From NCBI RefSeq assembly GCF_023055435.1, contig NW_025963857.1, positions 27,838,001 through 27,902,000 on the forward strand: DNA of 64,000 bases, written 5' to 3'. Shown here piece by piece: positions 52,215 through 63,371 of the stretch. Position 1 is the first letter of the stretch. Each line of letters begins with the position of its first letter. The position numbers were made by a program, and so were the translations under genes. Under the pieces are notes generated by a model. The model was not told the DNA's origin. It saw only the letters and a program-made list of their open reading frames with translations, and did not search any database. This stretch comes from Haliotis rufescens. Its lineage: Eukaryota.

Positions 52215-52760
52215 CACATATATATATTCCAACTTATATATTGAACAACCTGTTCGTAAAAAAGGATAATGAAATCATTGGTACCCGAAAATTTTAATAT
52301 TGTGGGACATTTGGGGAAAACGATTTTTGTTTGACAATGTTTTTAAAATCTATGCCATCAATTCCCTTGTGTGTGAATTTCAAATTCATCAACATGCGGT
52401 CTTTGTCTGATTTAGTGGAGTCTGGTATGGCTAAACGTTTCAAAGCAATATCAAGAGCTATACTCAAGGCGATACTGTGTCTCTTTCTGTTTGTAGATCA
52501 ATAAAAGTTGGTGGAGTCGTTTAATTTCTTTCAATGAGTATGGTCTTGCTCTTACTCTGTGCAGCCACAATGGTTCCTGGAGGAGAGGAAACAAATCTTT
52601 CATCTTCCGTATCATTTGTCCTTTCTTGTGACCGTGGCTACGTTGACGTCTTTGGGATTCCGGAAACAAACGTTGACAGTTCGTTTGTCCGCAAGACTGC
52701 CAACGTCTTTTATATTGTCATTACACTCAATTGGCACTGACGACAGTCGAATCCAAGGTA
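51030..52760 (-). mobile_element. Naiad-type Penelope-like element remnant (GIY-YIG end upstream of RT), interrupted by a SINE
   Basis: In order: WIRLSSVPIECNDNIKDVG; RRQRSHGHK; LKFTHKGIDGID; GHIITGN...LRQL...GSK; LHEKAVVVSTD; TRLYEKRVDFNFQTVNFP...ISQVLRYNRTC. Confidence 0.75.
52046..52218 (+). mobile_element. Degenerate SINE family C inserted in the PLE
   Basis: GCGTCATACCAAAAGAC...GATGGTAC; (GCAC)n. Confidence 0.8.
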
Positions 52761-52927
52761 AATAATTGAGTCTGGATCAGACTGCCCAGTGATTGACGTC
52801 ATGAGCATCTATCTACTCACTTTGGATTCGATGACAATCTTCACCCAAGTCACCGATCCCGTTAGTCGGCTCTTCCGGCAAGCCTGTATTGCTGGAGACC
52901 CATTATCTACCCGGATCTTCACGGGTT
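52761..52927 (-). mobile_element. SINE family A, partial
   Basis: Ends CCGGATCTTCACGGG on the plus strand. Confidence 0.85.
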
Positions 52928-53520
52928 ACTATTATTATAATAATATACAGATTAAAATAATAAATGCAGAAACGGGGGTTTGGGTGATCCTGGCAGTCAG
53001 GCTGGTTAGGCTCATCATCAGCTCAGGGCCCTTGCCCCCTCTACACGCAACTCAGACAGCAAAAGGGACTCCATCGTCGAACCAACGGAGAATGTCAATA
53101 CTCCCCAACCCTAAGGCTTTATTCCTGGTAGCAAACCCGCGCACTCTCCCAATGTCAGTCAACAGATTGGGAGGTACCAAACCTTAGGCACCGAGTGAGT
53201 GAGTGAGTTAAAATTTAAGTCACATCGGCAATATTTCAGCCATATCGTGACTATCAATTGTTAAACATAATACATATATTGAAACTTATATAAAAGCCTG
53301 CCAACGAAGGACAGAAAAATAACTAGACTTATCACAGAAGTAGACTTAAAACTAGTATGGAATCATAAAATTGATAGCGCTAAACATAACACAGGGCTCA
53401 AGATCGCCTGCAACTGAAAGCAGATCACCATACTAGGGAACAACAATTTGGTACTTTGGATGGAAGCGTGACATTTCGAATGCGAGGTCCGCATATTTGC
53501 CATGTTTTTCCTGAATCTTT
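52928..53520 (-). mobile_element. 3' end of an R4/Dong-like RLE non-LTR element, split by a later insertion
   Basis: KIQEKHGKYADLAFEMSR...IVVP (53520-53433) continues as GA*GLVPPNL...ALGLGSIDILR (from 53192), then an (ATT/AAT)-rich tail. Confidence 0.65.
53193..53432 (-). mobile_element. Retroelement 3' end (family E) with (ACTC)n tail
   Basis: GTCACGATATGGCTGAAATATTGCCGATGTGAC tail; shares TAGTTAT...TGTCCTTCGT with 54496-54681. Confidence 0.75.
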
Positions 53521-53804
53521 TTTCTACTTCTTTTTCTTCTTCTTTTTCTTGTTATGATTATTACGCACTCTTTTGGTACCAACTGAAAATCAAGAACTAG
53601 TCGCCCAATACTGTCAAAATACAAAAGAAAGACAAACATACACCTATATTGGTCACGGTACTTAAGGGATTGAACATAACTCAACATTTATATCTAAACT
53701 TACATAGTTTACCTAACTGATCCTCAACAGCTCATCTGATAACTTTTAAATTTGGCAAGATTCAACAGAATCAGATGCCACTCATATTTTGTTCTTTGGC
53801 TTGC

Positions 53805-54056
53805 GACCCATGAAGAAGGTCTTCAGCAACCCATGCTTACCATAAAAAGCGACTTTTCTTGTCGTAAAGGGCGACTAACTGGATCGGGTGGTCAGACTCA
53901 GTGACTTGGTTGATGCATGTCATCATATCCCAATTACGTGGATCGATGCTCATGATATCAATCGCTGGTTTGTCTGGTCCAGACTCGATTATTTACAGAC
54001 CGCCGCCATATAGCTGGAATATTGCTGAGTGCGGCGTAAAACAATAAACAAACAAA
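53805..54056 (+). mobile_element. SINE family A (double-hairpin variant)
   Basis: Homology; (AAAC)n tail. Confidence 0.9.
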
Positions 54057-54220
54057 TCGAACAATCTTTGGGTTGCATCAAAGGTCGTATGGTTTTGACA
54101 ACCACATTGGTTTCAAGATTTGTATCGGATAGATGTCTTCAAAACACTACTTCTCTGCACCTGATAGTTGAAATGTTCCCAACTATCTCAGAACTGTCTC
54201 CATACCTAATAAATTCATAA

Positions 54221-54448
54221 ACCCGTGAATATCCGGGGTGGAATAGGTCTTCAGCAACCCATGCTTGCCGTAAGAGGCGATTAACGTGATCGGGTGGTCA
54301 GGCTTGCTGACTTGGTTGATGAATGTCATCGTATCCCAACTGCGTAGATCGATGCTCGTGCTGTCAATCACTGGATTGTCTGGACCAGACTCGATTAATT
54401 ATACAACTGAAATATTGCTGAGTGCGGCGTTAAACAACAAACAAACAA
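54221..54448 (+). mobile_element. SINE family A (single-hairpin variant)
   Basis: Homology; (AAAC)n tail. Confidence 0.9.
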
Positions 54449-54495
54449 TCAAGCCAGCAAACAATTCATTCAACATTCGCTTTCTGATATTTTTT

Positions 54496-54681
54496 TATAT
54501 ATCGTGTCGTATCCTAATAATCATATAGTTTTAATGTTCTACAAGTCAATCTGTGATATATTGCTAGTTATCATACTGTCCTTCGTCGACAGTTTTTATT
54601 AATATTGTCTAACTCGTTCAAGTCACATTATGGCTGAAATATTGCCGACGTGACTTTAATTAAACTCACTCACTCACTCAC
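54496..54681 (+). mobile_element. Retroelement 3' end (family E), 5'-truncated
   Basis: TSD TCTGATAT(T/C)TTTT at 54483-54495 and 54682-54694; (ACTC)n tail. Confidence 0.75.
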
Positions 54682-55556
54682 TCTGATATCTTTTGGTTTG
54701 TGGACATTATAATTTTAACTTCTGATCCTTTTTCTTGTCATAACTTAATTTATGAATTCTTTATTTTTTAATTTGTTTTCCACTGCTGTTTAGGAATCGT
54801 GGTAAATGTCATTTTTACGGTTTCCAAGAAAATAAGCTTGTTGTAAATTAAGTTATAATGTAGGAAACCATTTTTTTCAAACCAGATGTATCGATTACTT
54901 TGCTTCATCGAGATCTCGGATAATAATGAGATTAAGTGGATCGATATTTTATAAAGCTGTTAATTCTATTCAGTTCGGGCAGCCAGTAAAAACCCAGGAA
55001 CATCACAATATTTAATTCACTTGAGTTCGTGTCTTAGAATTCATTTAAATCAAATACAGATTTTTTCGTGACGAGCAAGGTCTAATTGTAAATTTGATGT
55101 TGAACGACAGTGATGCAAGCATTATTACGTTGAAATCCGTAGAAAAAGAGAATATTGATTCCTGAATAAAACATATTTCTTGTTGTGTTTTAAGCTTAAG
55201 GCTAATACCTAGTTTTTGCTGAAATGTACTTCTCATATAAGAGCTGCTGTGGTCTGAATATTTAAAGAGCAGTCTCATCAATAATGCAGGGCCCTTGACA
55301 GAAAGTAGAGTCGATTACAATGTCTCCCTGATAGCTTCTATCGTGTGAATAGCGGCTAATCACGTCGCGTTCAATGTTACTACCGCCAGGTATTGAACGT
55401 TATGTATCGGACCACAGGACCACAAATTAATATATTAGGAAGTAAAATGGATATTGGTTTTATTTGCAGTCTTAATTTATCATGATCATTACTTTAAACA
55501 TATTGCTCCTGTGATGATTCAGAGTGCAGCGGCCATCATCATAGCTTGGTCTAATA

Positions 55557-55736
55557 TTTGTTTGTGTGTTGTTCAACGCGACATCGATCTGCGCATTGAG
55601 ACACAATGACATGCATCAATCAATTCAGAGAGTTTGACCACCTAAGCCCGTTAGTGGCCTCGTACGACAAACATAGTCGCCTCCTACGGCAAACATGGGT
55701 TGCTGAAGATCTATTCTAACCAGGATCTTCATGGGT
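55557..55736 (-). mobile_element. SINE family A, internally deleted
   Basis: Homology. Confidence 0.85.
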
Positions 55737-56744
55737 ATTGCTCTAAATGGCTTCAGATGGTCCGGCTAGATGACTTCATTGATTGCGTGCCGCTGCGTCG
55801 TTTGTGTCTGACGTTGCTGATAATATCAACCACTTATTATAAGGTCCAGATCTTTATAGGTCGCCGTTATACAGCAGAACTGTTGCTCATTGTGGCATAA
55901 AAAACATAACATGCATACAAGATACTGCATTTGTCACTTTGAAGTATATTTGACATTTGAAATCCCTGAAGATGAAGATCCCTGCTTTTCAAAGTCACTT
56001 TGTACATGCTATATCTAGCGCTATTATACAAGATGGCCAGTTCTAAAGAAATGCAGAGATCTTATTATCTGTAAAGATCTAACGAAAATCAGGTATACGT
56101 ATCACCTTCCTGCCGTTATATCCGAAATGAATAAGTGTTTGTTAAACGTTTGTCAATGGTGGATTCCGAAACTTCAGCATCATATAAAAGCATCGGTTTC
56201 ACATGTGTATGAAACATCTTAGAATAAACAGATGGATCTCTACACTCAAGTGTCACAAGATTCCTAACTATTTATGTAATTTTCTCTTTCCTCTTTTGGC
56301 AAATGTAGAAATGCACTTATTCATTTTGGCAGTGCTCGAAAATTCAATTTCCAAATATTTATAACTGTTTGCAACCGATATTTTGTCACCCTTGCATGTT
56401 TCGTTTTTAGAGAGTATTTAACCCTTTCCGAAAACAACAATAATTGTTTGGTCACGATGAATATTTAAATGTTATTCATTACACAGAGTTTTCAAAATAT
56501 TTAATTGAGTTTGAAGTGCGATAACATTATTCGAGACAAGAATGGATACTCTCCAAATACTAACAAAAATATTTCTAGAAAATCTGAACGTTTTCGTTTA
56601 CAATACGAGAGGTGGTTAAGCCTAATTATGATGGACTGCCTTGATGGAGATGCTTGCTTATTATTTTTCAGGTAATCCTGGATGATTCTCGAAACACAAC
56701 CATTTCCCACACGAACCACGCTGTGTCGAATAGAACGTACTTAC

Positions 56745-56907
56745 GATTCACGAATGAGAACCGAGTCATACATGTAGTTAAACAACAAACCAAATAATTC
56801 CTTAAGATTCTCTCTGTGATTGTAGCCATGGTCACAAGAAAGGAGGAAGGCCAAATGATACCACTGATTTGGAAGAATTGTTCCCCCTCCCTCACGAACA
56901 GTAGGGA
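56745..56907 (-). other. Candidate spliced exon (163 nt) of an unknown gene
   Basis: Acceptor TTTTTTGTGCAG, donor GTAAGT, two open frames; one contains LPNQWYHLAF (LamG/ConA-like). Confidence 0.3.
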
Positions 56908-56988
56908 CTGCACAAAAAATAAGACTGTACTCTGTGTCGTTGGAAGAAATTAAACGTATGAAGCAGCTCGATGGGTCTTCAAACATTA

Positions 56989-57340
56989 GGGTGAGGTGAA
57001 ACGGCGTTTCAAGTCGCGTCCAAGATTATTGCACTTATATAGCGACTGCATGTACGTGTGTGTGTTTGTGTGACTGCTTGTACTAGTCCGGACTGATGCC
57101 GATTTATAGTGCTAGCTCACGGAGATACCATGCCGCAGTTTAACATGAATACCCCACTCAGACACAGTATACTGACTCCGAGCCGACCAGTCCTTGTTTT
57201 AGCCCCTTAATGCCGAGCGCCAGATAGGGTAACAACAAGTACCATCTTGTAACGTCTTTTGGTATGACGCGGCCGGGGATCTAACCCCGGACCTTCCGCC
57301 CTCCGGGCGGACGCTCTACCACTAGACCACGGAGGCGGTC
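56989..57340 (-). mobile_element. SINE family C, full length, young
   Basis: 12-bp TSD CTTCAAACATTA (56977-56988, 57341-57352). Confidence 0.95.
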
Positions 57341-57684
57341 CTTCAAACATTAACAACCCATAGTGTTGGCTAAAGGAAATACTTCTTATATTGCTTAGAT
57401 ACGTTCAGACAGACCAAAAACAGAACCCAGTCAATCAGAAAAAGGCTACATTCTCCTTACTTATCTCAGATGTCAAGAACTGCCAACAGTTTCATTCTTT
57501 TATGTGAACGTCAATCACATCAACTGTAAGAACTCGTTACATAACCTGGACTTAGCAGTTGACGATGTACTCCACTGCATGTGACTGTCAAGACTCACCA
57601 TACTGCGATCCACCTGGTCATGAAATCACCAACAGAAGATATGAACCTTTTCAATGTCATTCAGAGTGAGTCAAGTCAGTGTAT

Positions 57685-57857
57685 GAGTGAGTGAGTGAGT
57701 ATGGTTTTACGCCGCTTTTAGCAATATTCCAGCAATATCACGGCGGGGCCGGGGACACCAGAAATGGGCTTAACACATTGTACCCATGTCGGGAATCGAA
57801 CCCAGGTTTTCGGCGTGACGAGCGAACGCTTTAACCACTAGGCTACCCGACCGCCCC
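57685..57857 (-). mobile_element. SINE family B, full length
   Basis: TSD AAGTCAGTGT on both flanks. Confidence 0.92.
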
Positions 57858-59626
57858 AAGTCAGTGTGTGATGTTGTCATTGGTATATACTGAAAAAAAA
57901 GAAAAACGTGTGTGTGTATGTGTAAATAAAAAAGACAAAACCATTTACATGGCAATAAGATATCTTAAATACATGCAGAGTTCGTTGTTAGATTCAGAAA
58001 AATATCATAAGAAAATGTTTATGAATCCCTGTCACATAGTAATAATACCAGACTTTCGCGAAAAGGTGAGCATGTCACAAACACAAGCAAAGCCACGTCA
58101 CGTGTTCAGCTAAAACGCGGGAACATATGGTACAAGTCAAGAGCGAAATTAAATCGAACATCATATTTGTCAATGATACTATATATTTGGAAATGTCCTC
58201 CACATGTCCACAACAAAAGTTTTTGAAAGATTTACTAAGTCCTTGAATGTTGTAACCGTGCTCAATAAACTTTCGAGCAAGAGTTGTGTGTGATGCTCTT
58301 GGAAATCTCCCCAGAAGATGCTATACTTAAGACTCATTTTCATAAAAATGTATAATAGTTTGTGCGAACCGAACCCAACCTCCGTAATCGTTCAAGCACA
58401 TACACAACTTGTCTTGTTACTGAAGTCTTACTGTGCATGTAGTGTTTGTGATATATATCAGAGACTCGTATTGGTAAATTTTATGTTATTAGCCAAGTCA
58501 CTGTCACACGTGAATTCAGATTTCAGAAGTTACGTCTTATGATGCCTGTTCTGATTACCAATAGAATCATATATATGTTTCCATAATTAGTGTAGCGAGA
58601 CTCTTCTTCAAAGTAATACAATCCCTTCACTGATATCAGATTTTTGCATACAAAGTTTTATATGAAAAACACTACCTTTGCACAATCAGCAGTCATCAGG
58701 TCAATAAGTGTAAACCGATTATTTATATAGTCGCAATTGGTAGTGAAAAGTCACAAATCAACCGAAGTTAGAGAGATTGGATGGACTGGTGGCATTTTCG
58801 GCAGCTTCATGCCATATAGCTTCAAGGGCTAACACGGACACATATGTTATATATGCTGTCTCCATATGACTGTTTTGAAAATTACCTCGATCGCACGCAC
58901 GCACGCACACACGCACGCACGCACGCAACGCACGCACGCACGCTCACACACGTCAACAAAGACACAGAAAGTTCATGATAGATGAATTGGTGCTTGATAT
59001 GCAACAAGAACGAATCCTGTGTATGTCCCCGCAATCCTGACGTGTGGCATCATTCAATGGTTAATTCTGTTATATGTATGGTTGGAGGCGAAATCATAGC
59101 GTGAACAATAACCCCACCTTGTGGGACATGATCTAATGGGAACACAAATAACTGTGTCCGTTGGGCCACAGAGATATTCAAGGAATATGAATATTCGACA
59201 AGGCCAGTGCCGTTCAAATAACCTTATATTGCAGGTAACTTTCGTCGACAGTGGTAGTCGATTTGTGGGTCACAACTGCCACCGAACACTGTAATTGCAA
59301 ATAAGGGCAACAAATATTGCAAACAATTCGCCAACAGAGTGATGTATATTGGATATGTGTATTGAATTGACAGTCCTTATTTGAGAATACAAACCGGATA
59401 TTAATTACCGACTGGAAGTTAGATATCTGGAAGATCCACTGGCTGTTACATTGTTTATATCGGGCAAACAGTCCTGTTTGTGCGAAGAAATACCGAACAT
59501 AACATTTACAGATGAATAAAATGAGTTGTCAGGCAGTACGGGCAGTACAATGTTACCAAAATGAAATACGTCCAGGCATCACCTGTTTCAGTAGATGATG
59601 GAAATGATCTGAAATGTTATAAGTAT

Positions 59627-59940
59627 GTTACACCAGAGTTGTCAAAACATTCGGTTTGCCAAGTTGGGTAAAGAAATATTGTACGTTTTTTCAGTATCTG
59701 CTCCGGAAAGGAGTACGACATCGCCATTTTCAGTCTAAGTCAAAGTCGTTGCCATGGAAACTCGAAAAATAATTTCTTCAAAAATCTCAAACTATCAAAA
59801 GGCACCAGTTCACCACTAAACATATCTATGCGCCAAGTTTGGTTAAGGCATCTCTCATGGTTTTAAACGTGATGGACGTATGGACGGACGGACAACAACA
59901 ATTCCTATATCACCCTTTCATTCCGTGGCGGTGAATAATT
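59627..59940 (+). mobile_element. HINE/Helentron-like non-autonomous element
   Basis: GTTGCCATGGAAAC, CCAAGTTTGG, (GGAC)n and a terminal hairpin; similar to 63091-63298. Confidence 0.5.
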
Positions 59941-60667
59941 AGCTCCTCATCGGAAATAACTATTCAGTATACATGTCTTGCACAGGCGGTGTCTAACGAT
60001 AAGATATGGCATGGACAATAGAAAAACTTGTCTGAATTGAGTTGGTGAAGATTGACGAATAGCATGTGTGTTTACCTCCATATACGCACGACAAATTAAA
60101 AACTTAATGTACCACCTGTGTAAAGAATGATGAAGCTGAGTATTGAGGAGCCAATAATCACGCGCATTCACACACAGAAGCAATATCATTCACTTGTGTG
60201 TGTGCTCTTTCATATGAAAACAGTACCACTGAAGTACACCAAAGTAAAGTTACTTGGGGTGTCTCTGATAGATATGATTGACAGCGTTGATTGATACAGC
60301 CACTTTTCCTTATTCATATTAAGAATTTTCAGCGCATTTCGATAACTATTAATAATATCTTGTTGCAACACTTCCATGACGATTGGCTGTTACCATACCA
60401 AAATCAATGCAGAAGCATACAAATTAGCAGTCTAAGTCTGCAAGATGACCGACAAAATAATTCTTTGGACAATGCAAACAATACAACAGTGGCTGGTAAC
60501 ACCCTACAAGCATTTGTATACTTACTCAATGCTTATAGCTGTATTTGTTCCAGCCCTTTAAACATTCCAGGTATGAAATGCAATGAGGAGTGTGGTGTTA
60601 TGAATAAAATCAAAATGAGTTAATCACAGTCAACTGAACGTGATAGGGGTCCAAATGGCCACAGAAA

Positions 60668-60830
60668 TGGAAAAGGACGAGTACCGAGCAGTCATCAAGA
60701 TTTTGACTTATTTAAAAGAGAGAAAAGTACTTCCCAAAAAATTAATAAGTGTATGGGGATAATTGCACTAGCTATTCCACGTAGGGCAGCTATGGTTAAG
60801 GCTTAGAGAACAAGCCTTGATGATGTTCAG
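60668..60830 (+). mobile_element. Mariner transposase N-terminal remnant
   Basis: MEKDEYRAVIK...VYGDNCTSYST...RTSLDD. Confidence 0.65.
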
Positions 60831-60898
60831 TTCTAATCATTCCTTCTCGCCTCGACGTGATATTTTTTTAAAGCACCTGGAGGGTCTTCTACCCTGGT

Positions 60899-61115
60899 AA
60901 CCCCCTCGTGATCTAGTAAATAGAGCATGTGACCAGAGAGGGAAAAAGATGGTAATTCTTTTTGCCATTCCTGGCTCTCGGCATGAAGGGGAAAAACAAG
61001 GACTGGTTGGCTTGGTGTTAGCATACTATGGTTAGCATACTATATCTGCGTGTGACATGCTATATCACTGGGCTAGCAAAGCAGAAACACTCACACATAC
61101 ATACACACACACACA
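60899..61115 (+). mobile_element. Degenerate SINE family C
   Basis: AAAGATGGTAA...CTCGGCATGAAGGG...AACAAGGACTGGTTGGCT. Confidence 0.7.
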
Positions 61116-61139
61116 AGAAAATAGTTTTGTAATTATGTT

Positions 61140-61540
61140 ATGTAGATATAAAGATATCTTAAGCATCTATTTTTCTGCTTATATTTTACTCTTCATTGCA
61201 GATTCAAACTACTGGTATATAAAGGAGTTTGAATGGTTTCTCCATGATAATCTTTGTGGAAGTGAACATTTCCCCACAATTCTTGCAACCATTAGTCCCT
61301 CTGACGATCCACCTTATTCCAGGTGGCATTATTCAGCTAACTGATCGTTATTCTCAATCCCCTTTTAATAAAATTTATAATCTGATCCTGTTAAGCTATC
61401 CTCAATTTAACTAAATAATTTTGGTGTCGAAAGCTTTTTTAAGTATCTCTAAACCTTCAGTTATGCATACCATTCTTTGATAAACAAGCTAGAAATGTAC
61501 GAAGAATAAAGAGAACCTTTCCCGCCACCATCCCATTGTC
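61140..61540 (+). mobile_element. I/Nimb-like LINE APE C-terminal remnant
   Basis: EWFLHDNLCGSEHFPTIL (WxVxDDLxGSDHFPI) followed by RWHYSAN. Confidence 0.6.
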
Positions 61541-61547
61541 AAATATA

Positions 61548-63073
61548 CTATTCCAAAAAAAGAAACGCATAAGGCAGAAATCTGAAGAGACAAGGGTTTA
61601 ATTCAAACGTGTAAAACTATTCAACAAACGTACTCAGGAGCATGAAATTTGACGTGCACATGGCAGAATCACGTGTGTATACGATAATAATGATCACCAC
61701 AGACTAAACAGTCATGATTTTGTTCAGCGTCCACAGAAGTGTCAGTACCTGTTATGTCCACCACGTGCACGAATAACAGTTCGGACCCGCCTCGTCATGG
61801 ACTGGATCAGACGCTGTATAACTGGTTGAGGAATTCTCCTCCACTCCTGCTGAAGAAATGTAGCTAAGTCCTGAAGAATTTGAGGTTGACGTACACGCTG
61901 ACGTAGACGCCGATCAAGTTCATCCCAAAGATGTTCTATGGGGTTGAGATCCGGGGAACGAGATGGCCAGGGGAGCACAGGAATGTTGTTATTTGCCAGA
62001 CACTCCATGGTGACACGTGCTGTATGTGGCCTGGCGTTGTCTTGCTGGAATAACTCCCGTCGGACGTCAATGCCTGGGAGAAGGTGTTGCTGAAGAATAG
62101 TGTCCCTATAGCGCACATCCGTCAGGTTTCCTTGGACATGGATAAGATTAGTACGGTTGCCGTAGGATATCTCCGCCCACATCATGACACTTCCTCCGCC
62201 GAATCTGTCCACTTGACGTACACAGTTAGGAGCATAACGTTCATGGACCCGTCTGTTAACTCTGTTTCGTCCATCCCGTCTCTGTAGAAGAAACCTAGAT
62301 CCATCGCTGAACCATATGCGCCCCCTGTTTCGTAAGTTCCAGGCCGACATGTTATTGCACCAGTGGAGACGTTGGACGCGATGCTGACGTCGTAACACGT
62401 TCCCGAAGTAGGGTCTACGGGCTCTCAGTCCAACCTCTATCAGTCTGTTCCGTACAGTTTGCCCCGATATCCTTCGAAGTCCAGGCACCCTGGCCGCTGT
62501 GCTCTCAGCTGTAACAGTAAGATCACGTAAATGGAGGACCCGGATGTAGCGATCCTGAGCTGCTGTGGTGACTCGAGGTCTTCCGGTGAATAGACGGTCG
62601 TTTGTGGTACCCGTAAGGTTGTAGCGTGTTGCGAGTCGAGAAATCGTACTCTGGCTTACATTTAGACATCTTGCAACTGAAGATTGCGACTCACCAGCCC
62701 CTAGTCTTCCAATGGCGATTTTGCGAGTCGCAGCGTCGAGACGTGGCATAATGATTCCGTCGTGAAACTCTTCAAAACTGATTTCACATTTCGAATGCGA
62801 CATGGCATTTTATAGGCAGATACAGCATGCAACTCATGGCCCAATTTGCACGTGCAAAATGAGTTTAGGTTTCGTTTTGGTGATGTGTTTTCAGAAATTT
62901 GTAAAACGTCTTATCAAACACAACGTTTTGTGTTTGGTGGTTTTTTAAAAGATTTGCATAGAAGTCTCCTAAAAACAGATTTATAACATATTTTATCGAT
63001 TCAGTTGACATATTCTTTGATCAGAGGATTTTGTAAAATTCAGAAACACCTATGCGTTTCTTTTTTGAAATAG
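61548..63073 (-). mobile_element. Full-length Tc1-family DNA transposon
   Basis: TIRs CTATTCCAAAAAAAGAAACGCATA and TATGCGTTTCTTTTTTGAAATAG, flanked by TA; encodes a transposase. Confidence 0.95.
61742..62749 (-). CDS. Tc1 DD34E transposase (335 aa from MPRL)
   Basis: HTH domain, GRPR, WFSDGSRF, FQQDNARPH, WPSRSPDLNPIEHLW; 34 residues between second D and E; TATAAAA upstream near 62813. Confidence 0.92.
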   Translation of the reverse strand: MPRLDAATRKIAIGRLGAGESQSSVARCLNVSQSTISRLATRYNLTGTTNDRLFTGRPRVTTAAQDRYIRVLHLRDLTVTAESTAARVPGLRRISGQTVRNRLIEVGLRARRPYFGNVLRRQHRVQRLHWCNNMSAWNLRNRGRIWFSDGSRFLLQRRDGRNRVNRRVHERYAPNCVRQVDRFGGGSVMMWAEISYGNRTNLIHVQGNLTDVRYRDTILQQHLLPGIDVRRELFQQDNARPHTARVTMECLANNNIPVLPWPSRSPDLNPIEHLWDELDRRLRQRVRQPQILQDLATFLQQEWRRIPQPVIQRLIQSMTRRVRTVIRARGGHNRY

Positions 63074-63090
63074 TATATGTTGACATTTAT

Positions 63091-63298
63091 ACACAAGAGT
63101 CATAAGAAGACGACAAATCATCCGCCCCCTATAAAAGCAAAAGGCACCTCTTCAGCCCCTGCTTAATACATGTACCAAGTTTGGATGAAATGTTTTCACG
63201 GATTTCAGATAATGGTCCGGAAACAAATACGGACGGACGGACAGACATGACCAGATGTTAACAATATACCCCGCATTATATGACGGTAGGATAAAAAT
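63091..63298 (+). mobile_element. HINE/Helentron-like non-autonomous element
   Basis: ACAAGAG start, AAAGGCACC, CCAAGTTTGG, (GGAC)n, hairpin end. Confidence 0.5.
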
Positions 63299-63371
63299 GT
63301 GAAATAAAATAAGCTGTGTAGCCTTACAGTGGCATCATGTATGTTCCTGAAAGATTGCAGCACATACTCAC

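Noticed and set aside
59950-60620. GPCR pseudogene on the minus strand
   Set aside because: Only scattered hydrophobic stretches with many stops
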